From positions 605-64,604 of the forward strand of contig DATGOV010000029.1 of NCBI GenBank assembly GCA_035305585.1: DNA of 64,000 nt, written 5' to 3'. This stretch comes from Acidimicrobiia bacterium. GTDB lineage: Bacteria > Actinomycetota > Acidimicrobiia > Spongiisociales > ZC4RG35. Both the position numbers and the translations under genes were made by a program. Shown piece after piece: positions 31,493 to 41,442 of the stretch; positions within the stretch are counted from its first letter, which is position 1; each line of letters begins with the position of its first letter. The notes beneath the pieces are model-generated. The model saw nothing but the letters and a program-made list of their open reading frames with translations, was not told where the DNA came from and searched no databases.

Positions 31493-31840
31493 CTACCCGG
31501 CGACGTAGCGCGTCAGCACCTCCACTTCGCTTCGTAGCCGTTCGATGAGGTCGACGAGCTCTATCTCCCCGAGGCCATCCAGGTCCTGAATCGCCTGTCG
31601 CTTCTCGTCGATCTCCCGTTCGAGGATCCGAAGCGTCTCGGACTCGTCCACTTCACGTCGGGGAACCTCATTGATCAGCCCCGGTTTCCAGTCGATGGAC
31701 CGGATCTGGGGGACGTCGACCGCCGAGGCGTTGTCGATGGCAGCGATCGCGGTACGGATCGCCGAAACCGCTACTTGGTCTCGCTGCTTCATCGCCGTGA
31801 TCAGGTCGCGGCGCAGCCTGTCGTATGTCGAGGAGGGCAT
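31493..31840 (-). CDS. GatB/YqeY domain-containing protein
   Basis: 115 aa. LRRDLITAMKQRDQVAVSAIRTAIAAIDNA resembles YqeY-family N-termini. Confidence 0.65.
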   Translation of the reverse strand: MPSSTYDRLRRDLITAMKQRDQVAVSAIRTAIAAIDNASAVDVPQIRSIDWKPGLINEVPRREVDESETLRILEREIDEKRQAIQDLDGLGEIELVDLIERLRSEVEVLTRYVAG

Positions 31841-31883
31841 GCCTGCGGACTGTAGGGGCGGAGGGCGCCCGGCGAGGGGGAAT

Positions 31884-31957
31884 TGGAGCGGGTGACGGGA
31901 ATCGAACCCGCACCACCAGCTTGGAAGGCTGGGGCTCTACCATTGAGCTACACCCGC
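31884..31957 (-). tRNA. tRNA-Gly (anticodon TCC), CCA encoded
   Basis: GCGGGTGTAGCTCAATGGTAGAGCCCCAGCCTTCCAAGCTGGTGGTGCGGGTTCGATTCCCGTCACCCGCTCCA. Confidence 0.85.
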
Positions 31958-32144
31958 AGCGTCGCCGTCAGGATACCGACCGTCGCGGCGTCCACGGAAG
32001 TCCATCCGACGCCCGTCCGCCGATCCCAGTACCTTGGGGAGCCGAATCCGTCCATTGGGCACGAAGGGTTGGGATGTGTACGGTGAGTCGCCGTCTCTGA
32101 ATTCTCCCTTCAGACGATCCATCGAACGCGACCTCTAGGAGCCA

Positions 32145-33341
32145 ATGAGTTTTCTCCAGGTAAGCGACCTGTACAAGATCTTCGGGCCTCATCCCGACTC
32201 GATACTCGCGAAGGCTCGAGCGGGCCATGGGCGAACCGAAATCCAAGAAGACACCGGCCACGTCGTCGCCGTTGCCGGAGTCGATTTCGAAGTCGACGCC
32301 GGAGAATTCTTCGTGATCATGGGCCTGTCCGGATCGGGCAAGTCGACGATCATTCGCATGATCAATCGCCTGGTGGAGCCGACCGCCGGACGGATATCTC
32401 TCGATGGAACCGACATCACGGCTCTCGACCGGCAGGGCTTGAGACGGATACGTCAGCAGCGCATCTCCATGGTCTTCCAGCACTTCGCTCTGTTCCCCCA
32501 CCGCACGGTGGGTGAGAACGTCGCCTACGGGCTGCAGGTGCAAGGGATCGACGACGCCGAGAGGCGTCGCCGCACCGAGGAAGCGCTGGAGTTGGTCGGT
32601 CTGGGTGGATGGGCGGACTCCTATCCGGATGAGCTGTCGGGCGGCATGCAGCAACGGGTGGGCCTGGCTCGGGGGCTGGCGACGGAAGCCGAGGTCCTGC
32701 TGATGGACGAGCCCTTCAGCGCGCTGGATCCATTGATCCGTCGCGAAATGCAGGACTTGTTGATCCGCCTCCAGGGCGAGCTCCACCGGACGATCGTTTT
32801 CATCACCCACGACCTCAACGAGGCGATGCGCCTCGGCGATCGCATCGCGATGCTCAAAGACGGTCGCATCGTCCAGATCGGGACGGGCCCCGAGATCCTC
32901 CGCAACCCGGCGAACGAATACGTGAGCAGTTTCGTCGCCGACGTGGACCGCTCCCGGGTTCTCACCGCCGGAGAGGCGATGCGACGCCCCCGCCGCACCT
33001 TCTCGCCCACCGATTCGCCCCAGGAGGTCCTCGATTGGCTGGCCGATCAAGAGTTCAACGGCGCCTACGTCATCGACCGGCAAGGGAAGATCCTCGGCGT
33101 GGCCCGGGATGACCGGCTGGCACAAGGCATCGCCCGAGGCGACACCGACATCAGCGGGCTGCTGATCGACGACTACGCCGGAGTGACCCGCGACACCCCC
33201 CTGGCGGAATTGGCGGGGATCGCGGCTCTCAATTCGGTGCCCATCGCAGTGGTCGACGATCGAAACGTCCTCGAAGGCGTCGTACCCCGGGCCCGACTCT
33301 TGGCGGCACTGTCCGCGGAGGGGGTGACGGTGGATGCCTGA
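32145..33341 (+). CDS. proV: glycine betaine/proline ABC transporter ATP-binding protein with tandem CBS domains
   Basis: Walker A GLSGSGKST, signature LSGGMQQRVGLAR, Walker B LLMDEPFSALD, and a C-terminal CBS pair. AGGAG RBS lies just upstream of the ATG. Confidence 0.85.
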   Translation: MSFLQVSDLYKIFGPHPDSILAKARAGHGRTEIQEDTGHVVAVAGVDFEVDAGEFFVIMGLSGSGKSTIIRMINRLVEPTAGRISLDGTDITALDRQGLRRIRQQRISMVFQHFALFPHRTVGENVAYGLQVQGIDDAERRRRTEEALELVGLGGWADSYPDELSGGMQQRVGLARGLATEAEVLLMDEPFSALDPLIRREMQDLLIRLQGELHRTIVFITHDLNEAMRLGDRIAMLKDGRIVQIGTGPEILRNPANEYVSSFVADVDRSRVLTAGEAMRRPRRTFSPTDSPQEVLDWLADQEFNGAYVIDRQGKILGVARDDRLAQGIARGDTDISGLLIDDYAGVTRDTPLAELAGIAALNSVPIAVVDDRNVLEGVVPRARLLAALSAEGVTVDA

Positions 33342-34284
33342 GTTTCCCGTGGGCCAGATCACGTTCCCTTCGCTCGACATCGGCGATTGGATCGCAGAGC
33401 TGGTCCGCTTCCTCAACGAGAACCTCGGCTTCCTCTTTCGCCTGATCCGGGAAGTCGTCGGGACACTCGCCGAGTGGATCGAAATGGTCCTCACGGCTCC
33501 GTCGGTCGGCGTCATGGTGGGGATATTGACTCTGATCGGCCTCGTGGCTCGGGGTTGGCGGTTCGGGCTGTTCACGGCTCTCGCCTTCTCGCTCATCGCC
33601 TCGATGGGTCGCTTCGAAGAAACGATGGACACCCTGGCGCTCGTCCTGGTCGCAGTCCTGATTTCGGTCACGATCGGCACTCCGCTCGGCGTACTGGCCG
33701 CACGGAGCGATCGGCTCAGCGCCGTCATCCGCCCGGCCCTGGACTTCATGCAGACCATGCCAGCGTTCATCTACCTGCTCTTGGCGGTGTTCTTTTTCCG
33801 GCTGGGAGTCGTCCCCGGGGTGATGGCATCCGTCGTCTTCGCCATGCCGCCGGCCGTGCGCCTGACAGAACTAGGGATACGTCAGGTGGATCGCGAAGTG
33901 GTCGAAGCGGCGGAGGCCTTCGGAGCCCGGCCTTCGGAAGTGCTCTTCGGGGTGCAGCTGCCACTCGCCCGCCCCTCCATCATGGCGGGGGTGAACCAGG
34001 TGATCATGCTCACCCTGTCGATGGTCGTCATCGCCGGCTTGGCCGGGGCCGGTGGGTTGGGAGAGACCGTCGTGAGCGGCGTGATGCGATTCAACATCGG
34101 ACTGGGTGTTGAAGGCGGTCTGGCCGTCGTGATCCTGGCGATATTCCTCGACCGCGTCACGGCTGTATTCGGCGTTCGGAGCCGACGCACCGCTCGGAAA
34201 TCGCGCGATGCGTCTCAGGACGACAGCCTGTTCGCCGGCCTGCGATCCGTTCTCCGAGTAGGGCTCGGCGGCCGCACACACTGA
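33334..34284 (+). CDS. proW: glycine betaine/proline ABC transporter permease
   Basis: Polytopic protein with a BPD-type permease core (EAAEAFGARPSEVLFGVQLPLARPSIMAG). Overlaps proV by 8 nt. Confidence 0.8.
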   Translation: MPEFPVGQITFPSLDIGDWIAELVRFLNENLGFLFRLIREVVGTLAEWIEMVLTAPSVGVMVGILTLIGLVARGWRFGLFTALAFSLIASMGRFEETMDTLALVLVAVLISVTIGTPLGVLAARSDRLSAVIRPALDFMQTMPAFIYLLLAVFFFRLGVVPGVMASVVFAMPPAVRLTELGIRQVDREVVEAAEAFGARPSEVLFGVQLPLARPSIMAGVNQVIMLTLSMVVIAGLAGAGGLGETVVSGVMRFNIGLGVEGGLAVVILAIFLDRVTAVFGVRSRRTARKSRDASQDDSLFAGLRSVLRVGLGGRTH

Positions 34285-34368
34285 TGGGATTTTCGTGGCA
34301 ACCGGAGTCACCTGTTTAGGGTTGGACGCCGGAGGCCACGCCTCTGCAAGCGAACGAAAGGAACAAAC

Positions 34369-35388
34369 GTGACATTCCTACGCCGGAACAAACGGCCCGG
34401 AAATGTCTCTCTGTCGATGGGGGCATTTGCGTTGATGTTCGCCCTGGCCGCCTGCGGAGGCGGCGACGGAGCGACCACGACTGGCGCCGATGACGGCGCT
34501 GACACGACCGCGGCGACCGACACCACCGCGGCGACGGACACGACCGTCCAGGACGACAGTGCCGCCGGGGGCGAAGGCGGAACGATCACCATCGGGTGGA
34601 TCCCATGGGACGAGGACATCGCCGTCACGAACCTGTGGCATGTCATCCTCGAGGACAACGGCTACACGGTCGAGCAGCAGCAGCTCGACGCCGGTCTCAT
34701 CTACGAGGGTCTCGCCCAGGGAGATCTGGATCTCTTCTTCGACGCCTGGCTCCCCAACACCCACGCCGATTACTGGGAGCTGAACTCGGAGAACGTCGCC
34801 GACCTCGGTATTTGGCTGGATGAAGCTCCGCTCACGTGGACGGTGCCGACCTACCTGGAGGACATCAACTCCATCGCCGACCTGAAGGGCAACGCCGACC
34901 TGTTCGGTGGCCAGATCGTCGGCATCGAGCCGTCCGCCGGGCTGACGCGGATCTCCAAGGAAGAGGTCATCCCGACCTACGACCTGGGCGATGAGTTCGA
35001 GCTCGTGGAGAGCTCCACGCCGGCGATGCTCGCCGAGTTGCAGAACGCCATCAACAGCGAGGAGCCGATCGTCGTGACGCTGTGGCGGCCCCATCCCGCC
35101 TACGCCCTGTACGACCTGAAGGACCTGGAGGACCCGGAGAACGCGCTCGGCGACCCCGACGAGATCCATGCCGTCGGCAGCTTGGACTTCGTCGAACAGT
35201 TCCCCGACGTCGCCACGGCGATCGAGAACATGCAGTTCGACCAGGACACGCTCTCCGCTCTGGAAGTCGCCGTCCTCGAAGACGTGGAGGAAGGCGAGGA
35301 GCTCCAGGGCGCACGCAACTGGTTGGAGCAGAACATCGACTACGTGAACGCCTGGCTAGACGGCACCGGTCTCTCGGTCGGCGGCTGA
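34369..35388 (+). CDS. proX: glycine betaine ABC transporter substrate-binding lipoprotein
   Basis: Lipobox FALAACGGG, Thr/Ala-rich linker, and OpuAC-type body (ITIGWIPWDEDIAVTNLW...DAWLPNTHADYW). Confidence 0.8.
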   Translation: MTFLRRNKRPGNVSLSMGAFALMFALAACGGGDGATTTGADDGADTTAATDTTAATDTTVQDDSAAGGEGGTITIGWIPWDEDIAVTNLWHVILEDNGYTVEQQQLDAGLIYEGLAQGDLDLFFDAWLPNTHADYWELNSENVADLGIWLDEAPLTWTVPTYLEDINSIADLKGNADLFGGQIVGIEPSAGLTRISKEEVIPTYDLGDEFELVESSTPAMLAELQNAINSEEPIVVTLWRPHPAYALYDLKDLEDPENALGDPDEIHAVGSLDFVEQFPDVATAIENMQFDQDTLSALEVAVLEDVEEGEELQGARNWLEQNIDYVNAWLDGTGLSVGG

Positions 35389-35407
35389 GCATCGACGTTC
35401 GACGCGG

Positions 35408-35443
35408 AAAGACGGGTGGCTCCGCAAGGCGCCACCCGTCTTT
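35408..35443. terminator. bidirectional intrinsic terminator between proX and tRNA-Pro
   Basis: AAAGACGGGTGGC-loop-GCCACCCGTCTTT, a 13-bp perfect stem flanked by A-tract and T-tract. Followed by TTTCGTT on the plus strand. Confidence 0.6.
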
Positions 35444-35446
35444 CGT

Positions 35447-35523
35447 TGGTCGGGCCGGTCGGACTCGAACCGACGACCTCGTGCTCCCAAAGCACGCGCG
35501 CTACCAAGCTGCGCCACGGCCCG
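35447..35523 (-). tRNA. tRNA-Pro (anticodon TGG), CCA encoded
   Basis: CGGGCCGTGGCGCAGCTTGGTAGCGCGCGTGCTTTGGGAGCACGAGGTCGTCGGTTCGAGTCCGACCGGCCCGACCA. Confidence 0.85.
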
Positions 35524-35629
35524 TACACCCCAAAGGTACTCGCTCGGAAGGTTCTGGCCCAGACGGTTGTTGCTCCAGACGGGGTCCGGCTTGAAGGGCC
35601 TCGCTCGGGCGCTGTTATCCTGTGTTCCC

Positions 35630-35705
35630 GGGCCTCTAGCTCAATTGGCAGAGCAGCGGGCTCTTAACCCGTTGGTTCAGGGTTCGAGTCCCTGGGGGCC
35701 CACCA
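35630..35705 (+). tRNA. tRNA-Lys (anticodon CTT), CCA encoded
   Basis: GGGCCTCTAGCTCAATTGGCAGAGCAGCGGGCTCTTAACCCGTTGGTTCAGGGTTCGAGTCCCTGGGGGCCCACCA. Confidence 0.85.
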
Positions 35706-35721
35706 ACTCCTTCGTTCCCTC

Positions 35722-35805
35722 GCGGGTGTGGCGGAACTGGAAGACGCGCCAGGTTTAGGTCCTGGTGGACGTGAGTCCGTGGAGGTTCGAGTCCTCTCGC
35801 CCGCA
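35722..35805 (+). tRNA. tRNA-Leu (anticodon TAG), long variable arm
   Basis: GCGGGTGTGGCGGAACTGGAAGACGCGCCAGGTTTAGGTCCTGGTGGACGTGAGTCCGTGGAGGTTCGAGTCCTCTCGCCCGCA. CCA is not encoded. Confidence 0.8.
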
Positions 35806-35810
35806 CCCGG

Positions 35811-36386
35811 TCACAGACCGAGGGTTCTCCCCAATTCGGCCAATGCACGGGCCCGATGTGAGAACCGATTCTTCTCCTCGGCGCTCATCTCTGCGTACGT
35901 GCGCCCGTCGATCTCGAACACAGGGTCGTAGCCGAAGCCGGTTTCTCCTCGCCGTTGTTCGGCGATGCGGCCTGCGACCACACCCTCGGCTGTGACGTAC
36001 TCGCCGTCTGGGAAAGCCAGGGCGACCACCGTCACGAAGCGGGCACTCCGATCGTCCACCCCCTCCAACTCCCGCAGCAGCTTGTCCATGTTGTCGTCGA
36101 AGGTGGCGTCCGGCCCCGCATAGCGGGCGGTGTGGACTCCGGGTGCCCCGCCCAGGTGATCGACTTCGAGGCCTGTGTCGTCCGCGAGTGCTGGCAGACC
36201 CGTCGCTTCGGCCGCAGTGCGAGCTTTGAGGATGGCGTTCTCCTCCAAGGTCTCGCCGACTTCGTCGACATCGGGCAGATCCAGTCCGGTCACGAGTTCT
36301 TCGGCGAGGCCCATCCCGCGGAGGATCGCCTCCATCTCCTGCAGCTTTCCGGTGTTCTTGGTGGCTATGAGCAGCCGCGGGATCAC
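35811..36386 (-). CDS. rdgB: non-canonical purine NTP pyrophosphatase (RdgB/HAM1)
   Basis: (GTG)IPRLLIATKNTGKLQEM...DDTGLEVDHLGGAPGVHTARY...GFGYDPVF...SHRARA. GTGA overlap with the rph stop. Confidence 0.85.
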   Translation of the reverse strand: MIPRLLIATKNTGKLQEMEAILRGMGLAEELVTGLDLPDVDEVGETLEENAILKARTAAEATGLPALADDTGLEVDHLGGAPGVHTARYAGPDATFDDNMDKLLRELEGVDDRSARFVTVVALAFPDGEYVTAEGVVAGRIAEQRRGETGFGYDPVFEIDGRTYAEMSAEEKNRFSHRARALAELGRTLGL

Positions 36387-37084
36387 GAGACCGCCCGCCT
36401 CTGGAGATCGATGAGCTCCTCGATGCCCTTTTGGGCGAGATCGAGCATGGCGTCTAGATCCTGTCGGGTGAACGGCGCCTGCTCCGCCGTACCCTGCACC
36501 TCTACCAGAAGCCCTCTTCCCGACATGACCACGTTCATGTCCACGTCGGCGGCGACGTCGGATTCGTACTCCAGATCCAACAGGATCTCGCCATCGACGA
36601 TTCCCACGGACACGGCGGCAACGTGGTCGATCAGGGCGTCGGTGGAAACGATCCCGTCGGCTTCCCCGGCGACGAGCGCGTCGTGGAGCGCCACCCATGC
36701 GCCGGTGATCGCAGCAGTGCGGGTCCCGCCGTCCGCCTCGATGACGTCGCAGTCGACACGGACCATCGTTTCTCCCAGCCGGGACAGGTCGACGACCGAT
36801 CGCAGGGCGCGTCCCACCAGACGCGATATCTCCTTGGCCCTGCCCCCCTGATAGTGATCGCGTTTCACCCGTTCGGGCGACGATCCCGGGAGCATCCCGT
36901 ATTCGGCGGTGACCCATCCCCGCCCCGAGTCCCGCATCCACCGTGGGACCTCGTTCTCGATCGACGCGGTGCACAGCACCCGGGTGCGGCCCATCTCGAT
37001 CAGCACCGAGCCGGGCGTCGCTTCGGTGAAGTCACAAGTCAGGCGGACTGGTCTCAGTTCATCGGCTGCGCGTTCGCGGGGCAA
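36383..37084 (-). CDS. rph: ribonuclease PH
   Basis: RAADELRPVRLTCDFT...GWVTAEYGMLPGS...DCDVIEADGGTRTAAITGA. Confidence 0.9.
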   Translation of the reverse strand: MPRERAADELRPVRLTCDFTEATPGSVLIEMGRTRVLCTASIENEVPRWMRDSGRGWVTAEYGMLPGSSPERVKRDHYQGGRAKEISRLVGRALRSVVDLSRLGETMVRVDCDVIEADGGTRTAAITGAWVALHDALVAGEADGIVSTDALIDHVAAVSVGIVDGEILLDLEYESDVAADVDMNVVMSGRGLLVEVQGTAEQAPFTRQDLDAMLDLAQKGIEELIDLQRRAVS

Positions 37085-37105
37085 TCGGTCCTCCAGGAGT
37101 GGGTG

Positions 37106-37840
37106 TCACAGAGTCGTCGACACGCCAGGAACTGCCAAGCCGACAGGGCGGTCGAACGTAGCCTCCGCTTCCATCACCGACCGCGCCGGGTCGAGATGGG
37201 GCGGGATGTGAGTGAGCATCAGCTGCTTGGCTCCGGCCGCACGGGCGATGGAACCAGCCTCGGAGGCGGTGAGGTGATGCGGATACTCGGCGACTCCGGG
37301 CTCCCCTTGGTAAGTCGCCTCGCAGAGGAACAGGTCGACGTCTTTGGCCAACCGCATCCAGTCGCCCGCCGGACCGGTGTCGGCCGAGTAGCAGAGGCTC
37401 CGGTGGTCGGTCTCCCATCGAGAGGCGAGGGTGTCGACGGAGTGGTCGGTCACGGCGACGGACAAGATGAGGGATCCGATGGTGACCCTGTCGCCGTCCT
37501 CCAATGGAGTCACGTCGAACACCTCGTCGATTCGGCCGCCGTCGACGAAGCCGACGATCGCTTCCAACGCGGACGAGGGCCCGTACAGCGGCACGCCGAA
37601 GCGCGGATCGGGGCCGTAGGCGAGGACGTGGCTGGCAATGACCACGTCGAGGCAGTGGTCGGGGTGTCGATGGGAGACGAACACCGCGTCGAGCTCCGAC
37701 ACCGGGACCGGCAGTTCGGTGAGCGTGCCCGGTCCGGCGTCGCACCAGATCCGCGTCTCCCGATGTTCGATGAGGTAGCCGGAGCCGGGTCGGCCTCGCA
37801 CCGGATAGGTCCCGGCAGAGCCGAGAACGGTCAGACGCAT
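37106..37840 (-). CDS. MBL-fold metallo-hydrolase
   Basis: MRLTVLGSAGTYP...VFVSHRHPDHCLD (HxHxDH), with GGGAGG RBS. It has the same neighbourhood as the mycobacterial MBL-rphA-rdgB cluster. Confidence 0.75.
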   Translation of the reverse strand: MRLTVLGSAGTYPVRGRPGSGYLIEHRETRIWCDAGPGTLTELPVPVSELDAVFVSHRHPDHCLDVVIASHVLAYGPDPRFGVPLYGPSSALEAIVGFVDGGRIDEVFDVTPLEDGDRVTIGSLILSVAVTDHSVDTLASRWETDHRSLCYSADTGPAGDWMRLAKDVDLFLCEATYQGEPGVAEYPHHLTASEAGSIARAAGAKQLMLTHIPPHLDPARSVMEAEATFDRPVGLAVPGVSTTL

Positions 37841-37853
37841 CCACACCTCCCGA

Positions 37854-38507
37854 TCATGGGGCCAGACGCTCTTTGACCCAGCCGCCATCTTCGCGTCGGT
37901 AGCGGACCCGGTCGTGGAAGCGATTGGGTCGACCCTGCCAGAACTCGTACACCTCAGGCAGGATACGGAATCCGCCCCAGCCACGGGGTCTGGGAACGTT
38001 CCCATCGGGATACTCCTCCTCCAGTTCCCGGAAGCGCCGCTCGAGCTCTTCCCGGCTGGCGACGACCTGCGACTGGGGGGAGACCGCAGCTGCCAGTCGC
38101 GCTCCCGGCGGTCGCGTCGCGAAGTAGGCGTCGGCGGCCGCTTCGTCGACTTCCTGGACAGGCCCTTCGATCCGAATCTGGCGATGGAGCTCCATCCACA
38201 CGAAGCAGGCGGCGGCCCTGGGGTTGGCACGTAGCTCGGAGCCCTTGCGGCTGTCGGTGTTCGTGTAGAAGACCAAGCCGTCGGGGCCGACGTCTTTCAG
38301 GAGCACCGCCCGGGCCGAAGGCCCGCCGTCTGGGGTGGCGGTGGCGAGGACGAATGCGTTCGCCTCCATCACGCCAGCCGATACGGCAACCGAGAGCCAG
38401 GCGACGAACTCGTCGAGCGGATCGTCGGCCATCGTCGCCGGGTCGATGCCCTCCGACTCGTATTCGACACGGAGCGTGGCGATGTCAGGCACCTGCACAG
38501 CCGTCAC
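37854..38507 (-). CDS. pdxH: pyridoxamine 5'-phosphate oxidase
   Basis: ARAVLLKDVGPDGLVFYTNTDSRKG...RIEG...WGGFRILPEVYEFWQGRPNRFHDR. Confidence 0.85.
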   Translation of the reverse strand: MTAVQVPDIATLRVEYESEGIDPATMADDPLDEFVAWLSVAVSAGVMEANAFVLATATPDGGPSARAVLLKDVGPDGLVFYTNTDSRKGSELRANPRAAACFVWMELHRQIRIEGPVQEVDEAAADAYFATRPPGARLAAAVSPQSQVVASREELERRFRELEEEYPDGNVPRPRGWGGFRILPEVYEFWQGRPNRFHDRVRYRREDGGWVKERLAP

Positions 38508-38543
38508 GTTAGGGGTTGCCTACGACACCCGTATGCTTGGGGT

Positions 38544-38960
38544 ATGCGCGACCCCTCCTCCCCCAGGTCGACTTTGATCAGTCGCGGCCTCCGCCGCCGC
38601 TGCCCTCGTTGCGGAGAACGGGACATCTTCGTGAGCTTCTTCGACCTCCACGAGCGTTGCCCCGCCTGCGGAATCAAGTTCGAGAGAGAGCCCGGCTACT
38701 GGGTCGGGTCGATGATCATCATCACGACGTTCACGTTCGCACTGTTCCTGGTGCTCCTCATCGGCGGGATGATCCTCACGTGGCCGGACGTGCCGTGGGA
38801 TTGGCTCCTCGGCATCACCCTCGGCGCCAATCTGGTCGTGCCGGCGCTCTTCTATCCCCGGGCCAAGACCCTGTGGATGGGACTGGAGATGTCGTGGCAT
38901 CCCCTGGAACCGGCGGAGGTCGAAGCGGCGAACCAGCACGTGGCAGCTCGCTCGGCCTGA
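38544..38960 (+). CDS. DUF983-like zinc-ribbon membrane protein
   Basis: RCPRCGERDIF...RCPACGIKFEREPGYWVGSMII, followed by two TM segments. Confidence 0.6.
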   Translation: MRDPSSPRSTLISRGLRRRCPRCGERDIFVSFFDLHERCPACGIKFEREPGYWVGSMIIITTFTFALFLVLLIGGMILTWPDVPWDWLLGITLGANLVVPALFYPRAKTLWMGLEMSWHPLEPAEVEAANQHVAARSA

Positions 38961-38961
38961 C

Positions 38962-40101
38962 TCACATCCGCTTGGCGACCTCTTCCAGCATCACTTCCGT
39001 GGCGCCTCCCCCGATCGATTGGATCCGAGCATCCCGGTAGAGGCGCTCGACCGCTGTCTCGGCGATGTAGCCCATGCCGCCGTGGAACTGGACACAGTCG
39101 TACAGAACGTCGTTGACGAGTTCGCCGACCAGAGCCTTGACCTCGGACACCGCCTTCACTGCGTCGTGGCCCTCGGAGTCCAACCAGGCCGCGTGGTAGG
39201 TCAGTTGGCGGGCGGCGTCGATTCGTGCCTGGTCCATGGCCAGTCGCTGGCGGATCGCCTGCTTCTCCCACAGCGTGGCCCCGAAAGCCCTGCGGTTGCG
39301 AACGTGCTCGACGGTGAGTTCGAGGGCCTGCTGCGCCTCTCCCAGCGACTGGCCGGCCAGGATGAGCCTCTCGTTCTGGAAGTTCTGCATGATGTAGTAG
39401 AAGCCGCGGTTCTCCTCGCCGATCAGGTTCCCGGCGGGGACGAAGCAGTCCTCGAACACCAGCTCGGCGGTGTCCGACGAGCGCCAACCCAACTTCTTCA
39501 GCGCCTTCCCCACCGAGAACCCGGGCGTTCCTCTCTCGACGACGAACAATGAGATGCCGCGGGAGCCTTTCGCCTCGGGATCGGTCTTGGCGGCGACCAC
39601 TACCAGGTCGCCCTCGACACCGTTGGTGATGAACGTCTTCGTCCCGTCGAGGACGTAACCGTCGCCTTCCCGTCGGGCCGTGGTCCGGATCGAGGCGACG
39701 TCGGACCCCGCGTCGGGCTCGGTGACGGCGAGCGCCCCGATCGCCTCCCCCGCCATCATCGCCGGGAGGTATCGCCGTCTCATCTCCTCCGAACCGAACC
39801 GGGTGATGTAGGGCATGGCGAGGTCGGTGTGAGCGAGCACGGTGATCGTGAACCCGCCGTAAGTCGACCTCCCCAGTTGCTCGGCGAACACGACGGACGC
39901 CAGGGGCCCGAGCCCGATCCCCCCGTACTCCTCGGGAACACGGAGCCCGAAGAAGCCGACTCCACCCATGTGCCGAAGCACCTCACGGGGCACCCTCCCC
40001 TCCGCCTCCCACGCTTCGGCCTTGGGGACGATCTCCCGTTCCACGTAGTCGGCTGTCTGGGCTCGGACGGCTCTCAGATCGTCATCCAGATAGATGTTCA
40101 T
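38962..40101 (-). CDS. acyl-CoA dehydrogenase
   Basis: 379 aa: ALAVTEPDAGSD...FITNG...QFHGGMGY...IGGGATEV. Confidence 0.85.
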   Translation of the reverse strand: MNIYLDDDLRAVRAQTADYVEREIVPKAEAWEAEGRVPREVLRHMGGVGFFGLRVPEEYGGIGLGPLASVVFAEQLGRSTYGGFTITVLAHTDLAMPYITRFGSEEMRRRYLPAMMAGEAIGALAVTEPDAGSDVASIRTTARREGDGYVLDGTKTFITNGVEGDLVVVAAKTDPEAKGSRGISLFVVERGTPGFSVGKALKKLGWRSSDTAELVFEDCFVPAGNLIGEENRGFYYIMQNFQNERLILAGQSLGEAQQALELTVEHVRNRRAFGATLWEKQAIRQRLAMDQARIDAARQLTYHAAWLDSEGHDAVKAVSEVKALVGELVNDVLYDCVQFHGGMGYIAETAVERLYRDARIQSIGGGATEVMLEEVAKRM

Positions 40102-41006
40102 GCTTCGACCTCCGCCGCAGCCAGCACCGCTTCGCCCGCCCGGCTCCGGTATTGGAGATGATGATCAGAGCAGAATCGAGCGGCGACGGATGCGACCTGC
40201 TCGATGTGACCGTCGTGTTCGATCCCGAGGCCGTCGAGCAACCACATGACGTCTTCCGTCGCCACGTTGCCGGCCGCACCGGGCGCATAGGGACAGCCAC
40301 CCAGCCCGCCGGCAGACGAGTCGAGCTTGTCGATTCCGGCGTCCAGTGACAGCACCACGTTGGCGAGCGCCTGCCCGTAGGTGTCGTGGAAGTGGACGCC
40401 GAGACGGGAGACGGGCACCCGGTCGAGGACACCGGCCAGGACCCGCTCGACGTCTCCCACCGTTCCCTTGCCCAGTGTCTCGCCCAGGAATATCTCGTCA
40501 CAGCCCCACTCGGCCAGTCGTTCGGCCAGGACCGCCACCCGCCCCGCATCGGTCGGCCCTTCGTAGGGGCAGTGGGTGATGGTCGAGACGTAGGCACGGA
40601 CCCGGATCCCCGAGGGCACTTCGTCGAGGATCGAGCGGATACGTCTCATCGACTCCTCGACGTCGGCGTTGATGTTCCGCTCGCTGAACGTGTCGGAGGC
40701 GGCGGTCAGAACGCCGATCCCATCCACCTCGGCGGCGAGGGCGGACTCGAGACCGCGGAGGTTGGGAACCAAGCCGCTCAGGAACACATCGCTGCGAGCC
40801 ACTCCGGCGATCACGTCGGCAGCATCGGCCATCTGTGGAACCGCAGTGGGGCTCACGAAGCTGACCGCGTCGAAACTCGCCAGCCCGGCCATCGAGAGGT
40901 CGTCGATGAGGGCGATCTTCGATTCGGTGGGGATGAAAACGCCCAGGGATTGGAGCCCGTCGCGGGGGCTCGATTCGGTGATGTCTACCCGGGCAGGGCG
41001 GCTCAT
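40098..41006 (-). CDS. hydroxymethylglutaryl-CoA lyase
   Basis: ITESSPRDGLQS...LGVHFHDTYGQALANV...GLGGCPYAPGAAGNVATED. 4-nt overlap with the acyl-CoA dehydrogenase gene. Confidence 0.8.
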   Translation of the reverse strand: MSRPARVDITESSPRDGLQSLGVFIPTESKIALIDDLSMAGLASFDAVSFVSPTAVPQMADAADVIAGVARSDVFLSGLVPNLRGLESALAAEVDGIGVLTAASDTFSERNINADVEESMRRIRSILDEVPSGIRVRAYVSTITHCPYEGPTDAGRVAVLAERLAEWGCDEIFLGETLGKGTVGDVERVLAGVLDRVPVSRLGVHFHDTYGQALANVVLSLDAGIDKLDSSAGGLGGCPYAPGAAGNVATEDVMWLLDGLGIEHDGHIEQVASVAARFCSDHHLQYRSRAGEAVLAAAEVEA

Positions 41007-41051
41007 GCCCTGAGCATACCGACCTGCATACGGGTCACCCGTAGGGGATCG

Positions 41052-41366
41052 TCAGGAATGCACCAGATCCGCCTGGTAGGGCTGGATCATGATGCACTCG
41101 CCGGGGCACTCCTCGGCAGCTTCGATGGCGAGGTCGATCAGTTCGTCGGGAATCCGAGCCAGGCCACGGGCGCCATCGGGTCCGGAGTCGGGATTGCCCT
41201 TGCCGTCGAACACCACTCGACGCCCGAAGTGCTTCTCCTCTTCCTTCACGACCCACAGGCCGTCGTCGCGTGGCTCGAAGACATCGGGGCAAATCTCCGA
41301 GCAGATGCCGTCACCCGTGCACAGGTCCTGGTCGATCCAGACCATGAGCTGGGTTTCGTCTGCCAT
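41052..41366 (-). CDS. ferredoxin (single-cluster, CxxGxC...CP type) with a long insert
   Basis: MADETQLMVWIDQDLCTGDGICSEICPDVF...ECPGECI. GAGAGGA RBS precedes ATG 41366. Confidence 0.7.
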   Translation of the reverse strand: MADETQLMVWIDQDLCTGDGICSEICPDVFEPRDDGLWVVKEEEKHFGRRVVFDGKGNPDSGPDGARGLARIPDELIDLAIEAAEECPGECIMIQPYQADLVHS

Positions 41367-41442
41367 TGAGTCCTCTCGTCGGTCGGTGGCTCCCACCATA
41401 TCCGCCGAAGCGACGTAACCGAAGACAGGACTGGATCTCTCC

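Noticed and set aside
31968-33770. 600-aa minus-strand ORF
   Set aside because: It lies antisense to proV and proW, which have unmistakable ABC motifs. It has no motifs of its own.
35811-36974. 387-aa ORF fusing rdgB to upstream sequence
   Set aside because: RdgB homology begins at the GTG overlapping the rph stop (36386). The upstream part is the wrong frame of rph.
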